Source: Catajapyx aquilonaris (taxonomy: Eukaryota). From it: a stretch of 54,482 nucleotides of DNA. This document shows positions 12,781 through 26,448 of this stretch, piece by piece. The stretch spans positions 1-54,482 of the forward strand of contig JYFJ02002575.1 of NCBI GenBank assembly GCA_000934665.2. Reading direction: 5' to 3'. Position numbers and translations under genes: made by a program. The stretch's first letter is position 1; each line of letters opens with the position of its first letter. Below the pieces are notes generated by a model. The model was not told the origin of the DNA. It saw only the letters and a list, made by a program, of their open reading frames with translations, and searched no databases.

Positions 12781-15058
12781 TCAGTTCGTAATGAAGGCAA
12801 CAGGTGATTCGCTGCCCGTTTCTTGTGTGTCGTTTCTGAAGAGGCTTCTGGCTAAAACTTTAGCTCCTGCCCAGATTTCGGTGGCAGTCGGAATGATTTG
12901 GGAAGGCGGCAGAAGGAAGCCTTTCTTGCCCTTGTCTCTCAGCTCGAAAGTGTAGCTTTTGGCTATTCCGACCACTTCCTTAGCCCAGTCCATGCTCGCT
13001 CCAGAGGTTTTATCTGGAGAACAATACGCAACCGTTTTGTAGACCACCGCAGATTTTGATGTCGAGTTGTACTTACACAATATCTTGGGCGTCTGTCCCA
13101 CCCTGTACTTGGTTCCGAACACGCTTTCAACGGCATCCACCGCTTTTCTTCCTAATTCCAGCTGAAATTTCGTTCGGAAATTGAGCGTTATTTCCTGCAC
13201 ACCTAAACTTCATTATATTACCAATTCATCGTGGTCATCAGGCTCATCATGCGTGTGTCCCCACGGGAATAACAGCAACTGCAATGAAAAAGCTGCATGT
13301 GTGATTTGAATTGCCTTATTGGCCTCCTGAATAACTATAACCTGTGAAAAGCTGTGAAGAGCCAGGTACAACTTGATGGATTCCTTTCTCTCCAACACAA
13401 AATCCGAAATGGCCTTTGTTTCCGGTTCCGAAAATGCCTTTGGCCCCGCGTAAGTGTCCGAGCAAGGATCTTGGCTGGTACCAGGCCCTGTAAAGAAAAC
13501 AAACAACAATGACGCAACTTCCAAGTGCATGAGACGACCTTTCTTGTGCTGAATCATTAGGCAACAAAAGACACACTGACCGTTCCACTGAGAGTCGAAG
13601 TTTCTATTCGGATCTGTACCACGACAGCATATTGTACCACTCATTACCCTCGTCTTTCTCCACAGCCGGTTCTGAAATTGCCGCAAAAAAATATGCATAA
13701 ATTACAATATTTCCATGGGAAATTAAGCTTACATCAGTGTGGGTGAACTCGTAGCCATCTGGGTTTGACACTGGAAGGATGTACCATTTCAGATTGTCAG
13801 CCAAATCCTGATTCTTGTCATATTCCTCCAGCAGTTCATTCATGAAGAACGTGGCAGTAGCTGGACTTATCCACTCCCTCGCATGTATACCTACAAGGAC
13901 AAAAATATTTCATACACTTAAAAACATTCTCGATAATATATAATAATTCATGCCTGCTTCAAGGAAGACTGCTGGTGCGTCCGGGTTGCTCTTTGGTGAT
14001 ATCTGCAGTAATCTCATCTCACGATTTTCGGTCGTGTTTCCAAACGGTATGACTTGTACTCTGTCAGGATATTTCTCTGCCAGGCTATCCATGTATTCGT
14101 ATATCTGCAGGAAACGAAACCCAAAATCATCTTACGTATTTTATCCAGGAAATTTCTCACACTTATTCATAGTAGGTCTACTATAGTAATATAATTACAA
14201 AATAAAAAAACTTTCAATAGTTTGCATAAGAAAAATCGCAAGAATGCCTTACACTGCATACAGCAAGACACGCTCTAATTTAAAGTATGTCCACAAAACA
14301 ATATGAACCTCACATTAGTTATGTGCATGAGATTGACATGTCGTGAGGTTTTTTCCAGACATTGTCCCCGCCCTTCGCCACGAAGATGAAAATATGACCG
14401 TGAAAAGCTGGGGCCTATATTAATGGCTGTCATTTGTCTCTTCTCTGCCACGCTTGGCTTGCACAAAATGGTTACAAAAGAAGCGCATGCGAGATGTTTA
14501 TTTCAGTGTGACTCATAAAACCTACCGTACTGAGACGATGGTAACTGGACCAAGTCATGGAATTCCTTTCCTCCACCGTGTTTTCGTCATTTGACTTTGC
14601 CTCCTGAAGCATCCTATACATAAAGCATCATAATTTAATTTGATGCAAGTGTGACCTCCCATAAAATTACATAGTGTATGTGACCTTTTGACGTTGTCGC
14701 TGACCGTCTCGTACGGAAGGTTATATTTTTCTAAAAAATGACAAAATTGCTTTTCTCTAAATGGAGATGTCATAATGTCCGTGGTGCTGTCCAGGTTAGG
14801 TTCTGTCCAAAAATCGAGTCCGCTCCATTTCTGCAAGTCTTGTAAAGCGTCCAGATGAGTAGTGTTGGTCGCGTTCACTCTAAACAGCTTATGCCTGCAC
14901 AAAATAATTGCGTTCAATTATAATAATTAGCAGCAGTGCTACTAGCGTTTATTATTTTACATTAAAATGGTTGAAAAACATTACCCGTCAAAATCCACGA
15001 GTCCTCTGTTTTTTCCCATGGCCACTAGGCAAAATAGTGCTTCCGTAATGGCCCACAT
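12781..15058 (-). CDS. Secreted M14A zinc carboxypeptidase (A/B family) with propeptide, 430 aa; exons 15058-14985, 14894-14685, 14613-14526, 14104-13954, 13890-13733, 13671-13581, 13487-13342, 13278-13222, 13161-13077, 13013-12781
   Basis: The spliced frame (1293 nt) gives a hydrophobic N-terminus, a propeptide (LDFW), and the motifs GIHAREWISPA, NPDGYE, RLWRKTR, DPNRNF, LHSFSQ, YKTSGASMDW and FELRD. All zinc and catalytic residues are present and all intron phases are consistent. One donor is GC. Confidence 0.93.
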
Positions 15059-17379
15059 CTTCCGTATTAATTTCAACACTTAAGTCGCACAAATAATTCA
15101 CAGCACCGCACACTAAAACATCGTGATGACACCAGGTCCGTTTCTACCTCCTCCTGGAAATGTGTAGCCAACTTTTATAGGACGTGCCATCAATTTGGGT
15201 TACCAGTCCTTGGCGTAAGCGATTCACTGGCAGTATAATTTTTTTTTGCGTGTGTTGTGTGCTTGATCAAACATGCTAATGTGTTCTCATGCCCTACATT
15301 CGGTTAACCAGGACTTGTTTTTTTTTACTATTTTATTATTTCCCATACCTGAAGTACTGGATGTCAGGTTATGGCTATGATTAGGTCTTTGACCTTGTTC
15401 GCAAGTTAGGTGACGTCTAAATATTTTTTTGCAGGGTTTCGAGAGAGGGTTGGTAATCCTAACAGACAAAACCCCCCCTTCCTTTTGTATTCTGGTCACG
15501 CCTTGAAGGANCCCCCCCCCAAAGCTAAGTGCGCTAGTTGCATTAATTACCTTGTTAATGAAACGCATGTTAACACGTCTTGAGCATGACCCCCTGTGGC
15601 CATTGAATTCCGATCCCATTCAAAACCATTGGGCAAGGTCCCACTATATGCGAGATATCGCATCCATGCACGAACATAAAACTAGTCCATGACCGTGATT
15701 TTATAATGAAGACATTTTTCCCGATTAAAACCTGGAGCTATAATCGGGCACGTGTTTGCTGAAAAAAAATTTTTTGCAGACGGATGCCCTTCCCTGTGGC
15801 GAGAGGTCAACCTTAATTCCACCCCCGCCTCCTCCAAGTGTCATGGCACTCCCTGGAGCGTGACCTGGACACGCATGGTGACCCTTTCTTTGCATATACG
15901 GACAAGTTGCTGGGAGTCTGCAACTATTCGGCTTCTACATAGTGATGGTCAAGTGAATGGAGCCTGGTGGCGCCACTTCGCGTGATTTCTTCTTGTTCAC
16001 GTGTGGGTCACTCATATTTAGTTTGTGAAGAGATACTGGCGGGTACAGGCCAGGTGGCAAAGGTGGGGGCGGTTTATAGGTAGAAAAAAAAATAATGCAA
16101 AGAGAGAGAGAGATCCCGGGGACAGGATGGACTTCCGGAGCAGATGACGCTCCTTTTGAGGGATAGGTTGCAGTTGGAGAGCTTGTGTATTGCTGGGACG
16201 TGTGTCTATAAATAAGGTGAGTTTTTGAGCTGATGACGGCCTTGTTCTGATCGATATTCACTTTTCTCTGTTGGAAAATTCGGGCGGGGATTTTTGCTGT
16301 TGTGTGTGATGAGGAGGGTTTGGAATCAGGAAGCTCGTATAGTGTTGTGGAGGGTGTTGTCGAGGTAGGAATCACTGGAAGTGTGGCGTGATTTTCTCCA
16401 TTTGGAACTCAAGGTAATATTAGCCTGTTGTCACGATGAACTCGCTGGGGAGTAAACCGCTGCAAAAAAAATATTGTGCACAGTATGATGCGCGTCATTT
16501 ATTTATAGGTGTGGAATGCATGGACTTGAAATGAAACAGAGAGGTTTAGGACCAATTGTATGAACAAATTTATATCATAAATATCACAATGCATATTATT
16601 TGACACTTACTCAGCAAATTTTACCCCATGCCTCTAACGCAATAATATTTTAGAAGATTCAGCTTTGTTACTGCATGATAATAATAATCTTCTGCAATAC
16701 ATTACTCCTTCATATTATCCAGTCGCAAATTAACAATTAATAAATATGCTAAAATGTACACAATATAGGGACAATGTTCAATCCACGCTTATTCCTGCGC
16801 AATATTGATAAGATTCGGATTTATTACTCCATGATCATAATAGCTTATTGCATTATTTATTACCAAGTTTATCCTCGCAAGTGAACAACTTATAAATATG
16901 GTAAAAATGTATACTGCAAATTCCCACACTTGCCAGTGTATGAGAATGTCTGAATATTGATTCGTGTTCATTCTGTAGTATGATCATGTATCATTCGGAA
17001 TCACATTACACTAAAAGAGTACAGCCAAACGTAATTAGCAAATTACATACATATTAATGCGCATATCAAATTGCACGACAAAAATATGCTGCCAGATTTT
17101 ACTGCGCAGAGAGCAGTTTCTATGGGCTACACTAATAATTACCGTAATCTGATAGCATTATGGCTTCGGAACGATAGCAATTTGCCTCAATTATGGCAAT
17201 AACTGCACGTTTTTAGCATATTTTTGCAGGCTCTTGCCCTCCCCCGACGTAATAATCTCCGGCTTCTCCAGCAGTCTCGTCTCGCGGACAATAAAGTGTC
17301 AACACTCCTGGTTGTTATGGACACCAGCCTTTTTTTTGTGACATGTGTGCCATTTAAACAAACTAGGTCAATCGTCAAA

Positions 17380-17452
17380 GCCCCTGTGGCCCAATGGATA
17401 AGGCACCGGTCTCCTAAACCGGGGATTGCGGGTTCGAGTCCCGCCAGGGGTA
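17380..17452 (+). tRNA. trnR-CCT: tRNA-Arg (anticodon CCT)
   Basis: Acceptor stem GCCCCTG/CAGGGGT, D-arm with A box, anticodon stem CCGGT/ACCGG with loop CTCCTAA, T-arm GCGGG-TTCGAGT-CCCGC. 73 nt, with an oligo-T Pol III terminator at 17458-17465. Confidence 0.97.
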
Positions 17453-18026
17453 CGACCTTTTTTTTAAAAAAATATTTCATGCCATTTTGTTGATGGTCAG
17501 TTTTTTGAACGAAATATAAGGTTGGAATTAATTTTTCTGGCTAGATTTTCACCCTTTTTTATATTACTACTATATGACAAAATTTATACTAAAATTTGCC
17601 CGATAAATCGTGCCAGTGCGTGTATATGTCATTCATGGCTGCATTTTTCGCACTGACCATTCCCACACCCTTGTCCTTCAACACAACTTTTTTTTTTCCG
17701 TGTACATCAGCAGGTGTTTGCATTCACATGGCCGAAAGAATGCGGTGGTGACATAATCCGATATATCGGAAGTCGGCGACAATCGGAGGGTGGGGACCGG
17801 TAATTTCGCAGGTGGTATAGTTGGCCTTCTCTGTTTGGTGCATGGCAATTAGGCAAGGGGCCTCCAATTGGCCAGGTGAAGGACGAAGGAAGTGCAGCAT
17901 CGAGGATGCCACGAATCGACGCGTTTTTCCCTCGAATTTTTTCAAAGAAGGGAAAGAGAGCCGCTTTCTCTCTACTCCAGGTTGAATCTCGGTTGATCCC
18001 TTTCAGTCTGAAGGTGGCCAGCAGGC

Positions 18027-21000
18027 ATGGAGGCTCAACACTTCTTGGGGATGCTGAAGGAGAAGCTGGCCTACCTTCCTGGAGGTCATGACCGAAAAGG
18101 GAGGCCCATTCTGGTGGCCACAGTTCCTTCAGACGGGATGGTTTGCAGTCAGCATGACCTGGGACGGCTGCTCACTTACCTCACCTCATTACCTAGGTAA
18201 TATTAATTAACTATTATTCCGCACTGGATTTGCCATTTAGAGCCGTTACAAAACTCTGAAGACTTTCAAGTGGATCGTATCTCTTATATTTCCGCGTTTA
18301 AAATTATATTCATGACTGACAAGGTTAAGTGTATAAATAAAAAAAATCATTGTTGGAATTATTTTTCTTGCCAATTTAATCTCCTGGAGCTATTTCTTGA
18401 CTCGTAAAATAGAAGCAAGAAGGCTATATTTTGTCCTTAACTGTTAATGGTTAATCCCAAAGATAAATTCATCGTTTATTTACAATAGTTTGGAGGGTTT
18501 TTTTTTTAAAAAAAAAACATGCAGCAATCCAGGATTATTACAATAAAATGTTTGACTGTTGAAGATTTCATTTTCCTTTATGGATACCAATTTCAAATAT
18601 AATACGTCAATTTCTCTATAAAAATATTGGTATATCGTCCACATCGTGATCTAAATAACTTAGACACTTTATATCGACAAAAATGTGCGTTTGGCAGTTA
18701 TGTAAATTTGAAGCAATTTAAAGTGTCTTCTTTAAAGTGTTCAGAATTAGCCAATAACAGCAAATATTATTCGAAAACATGTGATTACTGATTATAGCAG
18801 TTACCCGTCTTGATGACTCTACATTATAGTGATTCTCAGCCATCAACCTCGGACCACCTACAACTGCAAAGTGACAAACTGTACCCTGAAACTGTACTGG
18901 CAGAGAAAATTCCTGAGATTTATGTACTCTGTCACTTTCAAGTTCAAAAGCCACAATTGGATTCGTCATACTGCCTCACTATCCGTTATGATATCCTTGC
19001 TATTTTTCTCTCATCTCACCGGTTGTTGTTACAGAAAAGAGGTACGATCAGGAGGTTTCACGGTGGTGGTGGACATGCGGAAGGGGTCGTGGAAGACCGC
19101 AAAGCTGTGGTTGAAACAAGTGGAGGCCTCACTTCAGATGCTCTTAACCCAGCTGTGCCTCGTTAGACCGGAGCATTTTTGGGACAAACAGAAAGTGGAC
19201 TGCACAAAAGCTGAGACCGGAATACAGGTTTGACATTCATTTCCAAGACTTGTTATCTTGTCGCCGCACCTTGATGACTCTTAAACCCTTTGATGGCCAC
19301 AGGTCATGGTTGTGACACCCTCGAAGCTTCACCGTCTGGTCGATTCTTCCCAACTGCCCCCTGAATTTGGCGGGTCTTTGCCGTACGATCACGAACAGTG
19401 GCTGCAAAATCGGATCGTGAGTTTGCCTGACTCCAAGTCATTCAAAGAGACGGCCGGGGGGAACAAAAAGAGGAGAACGTCATCGCTATTTTTAAATTTT
19501 TGCAGAGATTGGAATCGTTTTTGAAGAATGGAGAGGCAGTCAAGGCGGACCTGGAAAGAATGTGGCTTAGACTAACGGCTGCTAAGCTGGCTCTTCCATC
19601 CTCAGATTTGCAGGTTGTGACTAAAATTAGTCAGGAAATGTACGCAGCTTCAATTACTGCTGCTAGGAAAGTTATTGACGAAGGCAAGTGACCATCAGTA
19701 CGTCTTCAATGAAAATCCATTAATATTTCTCCTATGTATGCAACCGGAATTGCAACATTTTATGACAAATATAGTCTAATTGATTAGGCAAAAATATTAG
19801 AAATATATATTCACCAAAGCAAAATTTTGCACGTTCTTGAAACATTTTGCAAGCACTTTTTAGTTATTTTTTCTGCACTTGAATGTATCACTTTCTGGGC
19901 GGAATATTACTCCAAAAATCTGCCTAAACACACGGTAATACGTGGTTCTGAATATTAATTATAGATTCGTACATTTTGAAATTTACCATTTTAATTTAGG
20001 ACATGATCTGCTACGACATCTGAGAGATGATACCGATTACGGATTCAAGTCCGTCCCGCAAAAGTTAACAACGGATATGTCAGATTGTCAACATGAGGTT
20101 TGTACAAATTGTGCACCCGCAATTATTATAATCACTGTTTAATTTTATTATTGTACAGATTACAGATTTATTGGAGCTGATCAAGAGGCAATTAGTGGTA
20201 ATGGAAGCAGCTAAGCGCGAACTGGACTCGTTCCTCATACAAGCAAGAGCCTTACAGAAACTGAAAGGCGACACGTCAAAATACATTCGGTGGATCCTTG
20301 CCGAAGGTCAAAAGGTCACTTCCGGAGCCACCAACGTCGGCCTTGACCTCAGGGTAGCAGCCGAGATGAAGCAGCGTCACGATCAGTTGCAACAAAAGTG
20401 CAACGTAAGTTGAGGACGCAAAGAAAATTTATGGATAAAACTTAATGAGACACTAATGTTATTAATTAATGAATAATTGTATTCCATTTTAATAAGGGCT
20501 ATTTGATTGGTTTTAAATATTCTTTCAGGCTCGTTATTTGGAATTTGAGTCTCTCTTTCGTCAAATGTCCGAGTTGGAATCTAGTCCGATGGGCCTTCCC
20601 AAGGATCTAATGGGTCAAAGGGACAAACTGATTGATCTCTATCGATCCATGTCGGACAGGATGGAAGAGAGGCGATTACTTTTGGACGTTTCCCACGCCT
20701 TTCATTCTCTCATCGAAGAAGTCAGTCTACTCTTCGCGTGCCAGCTGGCCTCCTTTTTTCCCTCCATAATAATAACTCTCAGCGTGATGGCTAATTAATT
20801 ATGGTCCGTTGCAGATTGCGAGCAGCGCTGAAGAACTACAGGATGTCAAGGAACCAATGGATGTCGAATCGACCCGTAAAGCACAGGAAACATTGCGGTT
20901 GTTTGACAAAATGGAAGCCAATATGGGTACGGGGACGTCTGTCCAAATTGGCCATTTTTTACAACTGCCTAAAAATGTTCTTATGATCTTTCAGAGAGAT

Positions 21001-24000
21001 TGTTCAAAGAAGCGGAATCGGGAGGTCAGAAACTGAAGAAGCTGCTGTCGGTTCCAGTAAAAGATCTGGAAGGTCGCATAATGGCAGTGGATTACAGGGG
21101 TCACATTTCGTTCATAGAGCAGATCTGGCAGAAGACTAAAGTCCTTCGTCGCTCGTTTGTCGACACCCTGCAAGTGAAGAAGCTGAAGATCCAGCAGATC
21201 ATTTGCATCCACAGCTGCGAGACTGAGGCTGAGAGGACCATCAAGTTGCTGGAGCAGCTGCATTTGGTCTTCCTCAGCTCAAACATCTACGTCGGATGCA
21301 AGGACCAGGAAGTCGACGAGGTGAAGATGGATCTGGAGAAGTTCAAGAACGTGGCCAAAAGCACTTTTGACCAAGGTCAGCAGCTTCTGGACACATCGAC
21401 GCTTTTACGAAAGCAGCACAAGCTGTGTCCAGAACCTGCGGAGAAGCTGTGTCAAAGGCTGCACAGCGCCTGGAGAGACTTCCAGGTGTCGTTGCAGCGC
21501 CACAAGCTCAGATTAAGAACCACCAGCACCTTCCACAAGAGTGCTACCGAGGTACAACTATTGTTAATTCATGATGTCCTGGACTATTCACTAACTCAAT
21601 TCCTTCTTCCAGTACAAGAAGCGGCTGCAAGAACTGACCAAAGCGGTGAAGGAAATGTCCAGCGTCTCTTCGTCCCTCCTGAAAGAGCACAAGATGAGAC
21701 GATACATGTCATCAGGCGAGAGGCTCCTGGAGGACGTGGGACGGACCTTAAATTTTGGGAAGCTGGTCAAGGCCCAACTGGAAGAGCCCGTGTGTCAGCA
21801 GAGGTAAGAGGTTGAGAACACTGAAGTTTGTTGATCTTTAAAAAACGCAGCAGGTGACATCTTTTTGCGCGACACTCTCTGGCAGACTCCTCTCTCCATG
21901 TTGTGTTGGCAAACGACCTGGTTTTGCCCATAAGTCTTGATTATCAGCCAATTCCCGCCTGCACCCACACTTGGCAGGGGTCTTCCAAAATTAACTCGGT
22001 ACATCTACCCTGCACATTACCAACTGCAACGCCTCACTTTTTTTTCGCCATATTCCAAATTAGGTGCGAATTACACTCGAGACATAATTATGAAGAGAGA
22101 GCCTTATGGCTGAAGCAGTAATTTAATGCTATGGAGTAATTTTACTTTTGACCGAAAAAAGTTGCGCCAAGTTGTTATTTTTATATCGGAAATTGGGTCG
22201 GAGCGGCTATTTTACGCTTTTTTGTCGGCCAACATGTTTCACCACCATGGAACAGGCCACTGATCATTTTGGAAGTGCCTCCTGTGTACAGGGTGGTTAG
22301 ACCAACATATGGTGCCATGAGCCACACGGGGATGTATTATTTACTTCTAATATCAGCCGAACCTTGCCATGGCACAGATTCCTCAAATTAAAAGCATCCC
22401 CAATTTGTTGTGGTGCGCGTGGATTCGCCTGCATAAACCCCGCAAGAAGCTCCTATTTTCAGATCTCTCCAGAAGATCCTGATTTGCGATTATGCCTAAG
22501 AGACGAGTCTTCAGGTGTGGGAAGATTCGTTGGCACCGGGCAAGGTTTCAAAATATGTCTTCTCATTTCCTTGGGTCCACTCTGCGATGCAATGAGCGAC
22601 CTTCTTTTCGATGATTTTTTACTTGCTGATGGTATAGAGTAGTTGTTGGCAAGCTTTGTATACTGTTCCGAAAAATCTTGTTGGGTCCATGTGGGCTCCT
22701 CTCTTCTTCTTTTTTCTTGTTCACATCACGCACGCGTGTGCTCAAGCCAGATGGACCCTGTGTACGTTGACTGGGGATTGAGCTGCTTGCTGGCCCCCTG
22801 ACGGGTTTCGCCAAATGCTACACGTTTTGTCTCGGCCGAATTTCTGCTGGAGTCACCACCTTTTTTAAAAGTAGGACTCGGAGTGATTTTGAACCGAAGA
22901 GTTGGATGGTCGTGGAATGGATTTCACGTGAGTTGGTTGTGCACTCATTACAGATCGAGTGATACGATGGTTGGTGAATTGGAGTGGAAAAGGAAGTTGT
23001 TGTGTACCGATATGTTCGTTTTATAGGTGAAGTCTGCTGTGCTTGTAAACTGCTGTCGTAAAATTGGGAGGTTAGTGCACTAGAAGTCTTGTCAAGGGAC
23101 AAGAATATTGCTAGCATTATGCTGATTCCTGATGGTGGTACCACGCCATAAGATTAAAAAAAATATCATTCACTGTCAAAGATTTTTCTCTTAATCTGCT
23201 TTCATGCATAACCGGGCCTAAAACTCATAATTGCATGGTTTTACGTTCGGTTTGCGTGATTTTTACTGGGGTTTACATACGCTTGATATAGCAAGCAGCC
23301 TTATTGGTCAATTATTTGAATTATTTGAAAATGAAATAAATAATTGAATTTCCTCAATTCACTGGTTACTATTATCAAGTAAAGAAAGAGTGATAAAAAG
23401 GCTAATGAGCCCCAGCTGTGTAAATTATTTTCTCTGCATGAAGAGTCATAATGCAGCATCTTACGGGGTAATGCATTTTTTTGTACAAAACGTGTCTAAA
23501 ATTCAAGGTTGGTGTAAACTGTCCAACTCCAAATAAAATTGCGCAATTACTGTGCTGTCTGATGCTGCACATTATATGAGGCATGGCTCCATATATGTTC
23601 TTAGGAGTAATATATCAGACGCAAAAATTCAACCTTATTATAATTGAAGGACTTGTTGCTTGCTGGCACCACCACTGGTCTCACGATATAAATTAACCTG
23701 TTATGACACCTGCTTCCGGGAATTACTTGCTTCTCATTTGCGAATGTTTAATTATGTGGCCAGCTGGAATGCCAAAGTCACTTGCAATCGCCATTATTAA
23801 TAATAATTCTGCGGCTGCCAATTTACAAGCTCTGCCACCTTTTGTGTTCCATAACAGGAGAAGCAACCAACTTTGTAGTGAAGTAATTACAACTCTCAGC
23901 TTGTGTTATTGCCCGGTAAGCTGTAAATGGCCCGACAAGGTCTTCACTTTTAGCCAGAAAAAAGAGCTCTTCGCAGAAGCACACTCTCAGTACCTGTAAT

Positions 24001-26170
24001 TACCGGCACTGCGGTATGTGAGGTGCCAAACATGGCTGGTATGACTGGCGTCCATATATCTAGTCAGCAATCTTGTCACAGAGCCACACTATGTGCGCAT
24101 TGGTGGTACCGCATCTCAGAAATATACACTACTTTATGCCAGCCGACAGAGAGATGATAATGAGCGCACCTAGATATTTGCGCGACGGGTATGACCTTCT
24201 CGCAATCCCATATTCGCGTCACTCACACTCAGACACCTGTCATTCCCCACAATTAGTCGGCTTCCTTTTTGTGCATCACATTGTTTTTTTTGTCCCTCCC
24301 CAATCTGGAGAGTAGGTTGCAACTCAACAACAACAACAACTCAAAGGCGACACCCAATGATATCAGATGCACATGTCGAAGTCGATTAGGACACGGTGCA
24401 TCGGGTATGTGTGTCTTGCATCGCCAAAGTTAAATTAATGACGAGAGAAGGTCGGGGTGGAGCAGCCGGTTGCCAGCTAAAGACCTTTGGAGTTTATTTC
24501 TGTACCACTATGTTGGCATCAAAATAGTGCACACACACACGGGGACGGGAGGAAGCGTTTTGGATCAGCTCTAGGATTTCCGCTTGACTATTTTCTTCCG
24601 CCTCTTTTTTTTTTTTCCACGTGTGTAATTGTTAGGTTTGGCGGCATCAGAGAGAGCTATAGAGAGAGGAAGTCCATTAACGCAGGTCGACAGTTGTGTA
24701 CATTTTATGGGAACCCACTGGTAATTTACTGTAAAAGCTAAAGGTCCTGCGGAAAGTGAAAGTGCGACGTCCAATAAATACTGTACTTCTGTTAATTTAT
24801 TTCCCTAATTTTCTACCTTTTCAGCAACGCGTCTGGTTCAACCCCCAGCCGAATAGCCATGGACGCGATCGAGTCCGAACTGACGCAGTTGTCACACCAA
24901 GCTGGCGAACTGACCGACGCCATTTTCGCCAACTCTCCGCAGACAGCATCAGTTCCACGCGAAGATGTATGTCAAAATTATATCGTGTAACTCTGCCCAA
25001 GGCGGCATGGATGGGGATTAATCACTCCAATCGCGCATGCGTATACCAGACCTGCGTGCGCAGCCTATTCCAGCAACCCTGCGTGCGCATCCAATCCACT
25101 CAGTGTGAGTGCGCATGCGCGACTGACGTGATTAATCCATCACCTTTCCCCCCTTTGGAGATGTGCAGAGTTCACGTAACGTAACCCCTACGTGACGTGG
25201 ATATGTCCGTCACGCGCGTAACGTGTTGTTGAACTGATTTGATTTTGCGCAGGCTCCTGAAGACGAAGACGAATACGTGACGACGTCTGAATGCACCTGC
25301 CACCATGGGGACGACGTGACGTATTTTTCGGACCTGTCTCGTTCGGCGTCTCTTACGTACCGGACAGCTTCCGAGGAGGAAACCATGTCCGAATTGTGAG
25401 TTGGGTCGCGGGACAGTGTGTGTCACATGCTTTATTCCAGTACAAATTGTAGTAACCTTACCTTTTAACGTTAGTCTCCCCATCACTGTACAGTAACTAA
25501 CCCTATACAGAATACAATTATGCCCATGTGGTCAATAAATAAATGTTAACTCTTTGTGGGGGTAATTACTCCACAAGTTATTTGCAAGTCACGATTGTAC
25601 CTTTTGTTGCCATGGGTGTCATTGTAAACGTGGTATTATTTTGTGCTCACACTACTGATCAGTATTATTGTAACCCATCGTTTTGTTCCTGGTAATTCTG
25701 GGCATTTGACCCTAATAACCTTCACTGCAAAAAATGTATCAATATAATTTAAAAGATTGTAAAATTGTTGGCTTGTCTTATTTACACAACCAATTAATGA
25801 ACTTTATTTTTGCCTATGCAGCACAAGAGTCATCACAATGCAGTTATTACTTTCAAGTAAAATCCAACACTACCTGTAATATATTGGTCATGAATGTTTC
25901 TTTTACAAAAAGTCACTTCAGTTGCGGTATCACATGCAATGCTATTTTGAGCTGAAATGTTCAATTTGATGATGGAGTTGAGCCTTATGCAGAGTAACAA
26001 TCATTAAGATTTGATAATATGGCATACACTGATATGTTATCAGCCTACCTCGTGGCAACAATAAAGTTTTAATGACGCATAACCCGATACAATACCCTGC
26101 TTCAGCAATGGGAATCAAGAGACCTAACCATGAACTATAGGAGTGCATCGAATGCTTAGAATCTAACCGC

Positions 26171-26266
<96 letters not shown>

Positions 26267-26448
26267 CTACTTTTAGGGAATTGGACGTAGAGAGTGGCGC
26301 ACCGAGTCCCCAGCCGACAGCTTCATTGTTGGAAGAAGCAATGGAGGCTGCCGCAACAGAAGCGAACGACAATTCGACAATGCTGGAGATGGAAGCCAGG
26401 ATTTCTGCCATGACTCCAGACTCTCTACTTTTGCACCATTTGAAAGAG
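18027..26448 (+). CDS. SESTD1: SEC14 domain and spectrin repeat-containing protein (SESTD1-like), >=741 codons; exons 18027-18196, 19035-19227, 19303-19416, 19506-19683, 20000-20097, 20159-20404, 20529-20720, 20815-20926, 20995-21551, 21613-21803, 26277-26448; 3' end unresolved
   Basis: The spliced protein MEAQHFLGMLKEKLAYLPGGHDRKG...GFTVVVDMRK...RPEHFWDKQK...QLPPEFGGSLPYDHEQWL matches the recalled SESTD1/Trio-type SEC14 N-terminus and is followed by spectrin-like helices. Phases are consistent across all junctions. The last exon (26277-26448) is less certain and ends at a phase-0 GTAAGT donor. Confidence 0.85.
26171..26266 (+). repeat. Compound microsatellite (AAT)13(GAT)19
   Basis: Directly visible perfect trinucleotide runs at 26171-26209 and 26210-26266. 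Confidence 0.98.

Noticed and set aside
15287..16450. Intergenic stretch with short ORFs, small hairpins and an N at 15511
   Set aside because: No recognisable domain, terminal repeats or consistent splice structure. The N next to a C-run signals local assembly uncertainty.
17187..17493. ORFs on both strands spanning the tRNA
   Set aside because: Spurious translations of the tRNA-Arg gene and its flanks.
26163..26411. Minus-strand ORF with poly-His/poly-Tyr
   Set aside because: It is just the translation of the (AAT)n(GAT)n microsatellite, antisense to a probable exon.
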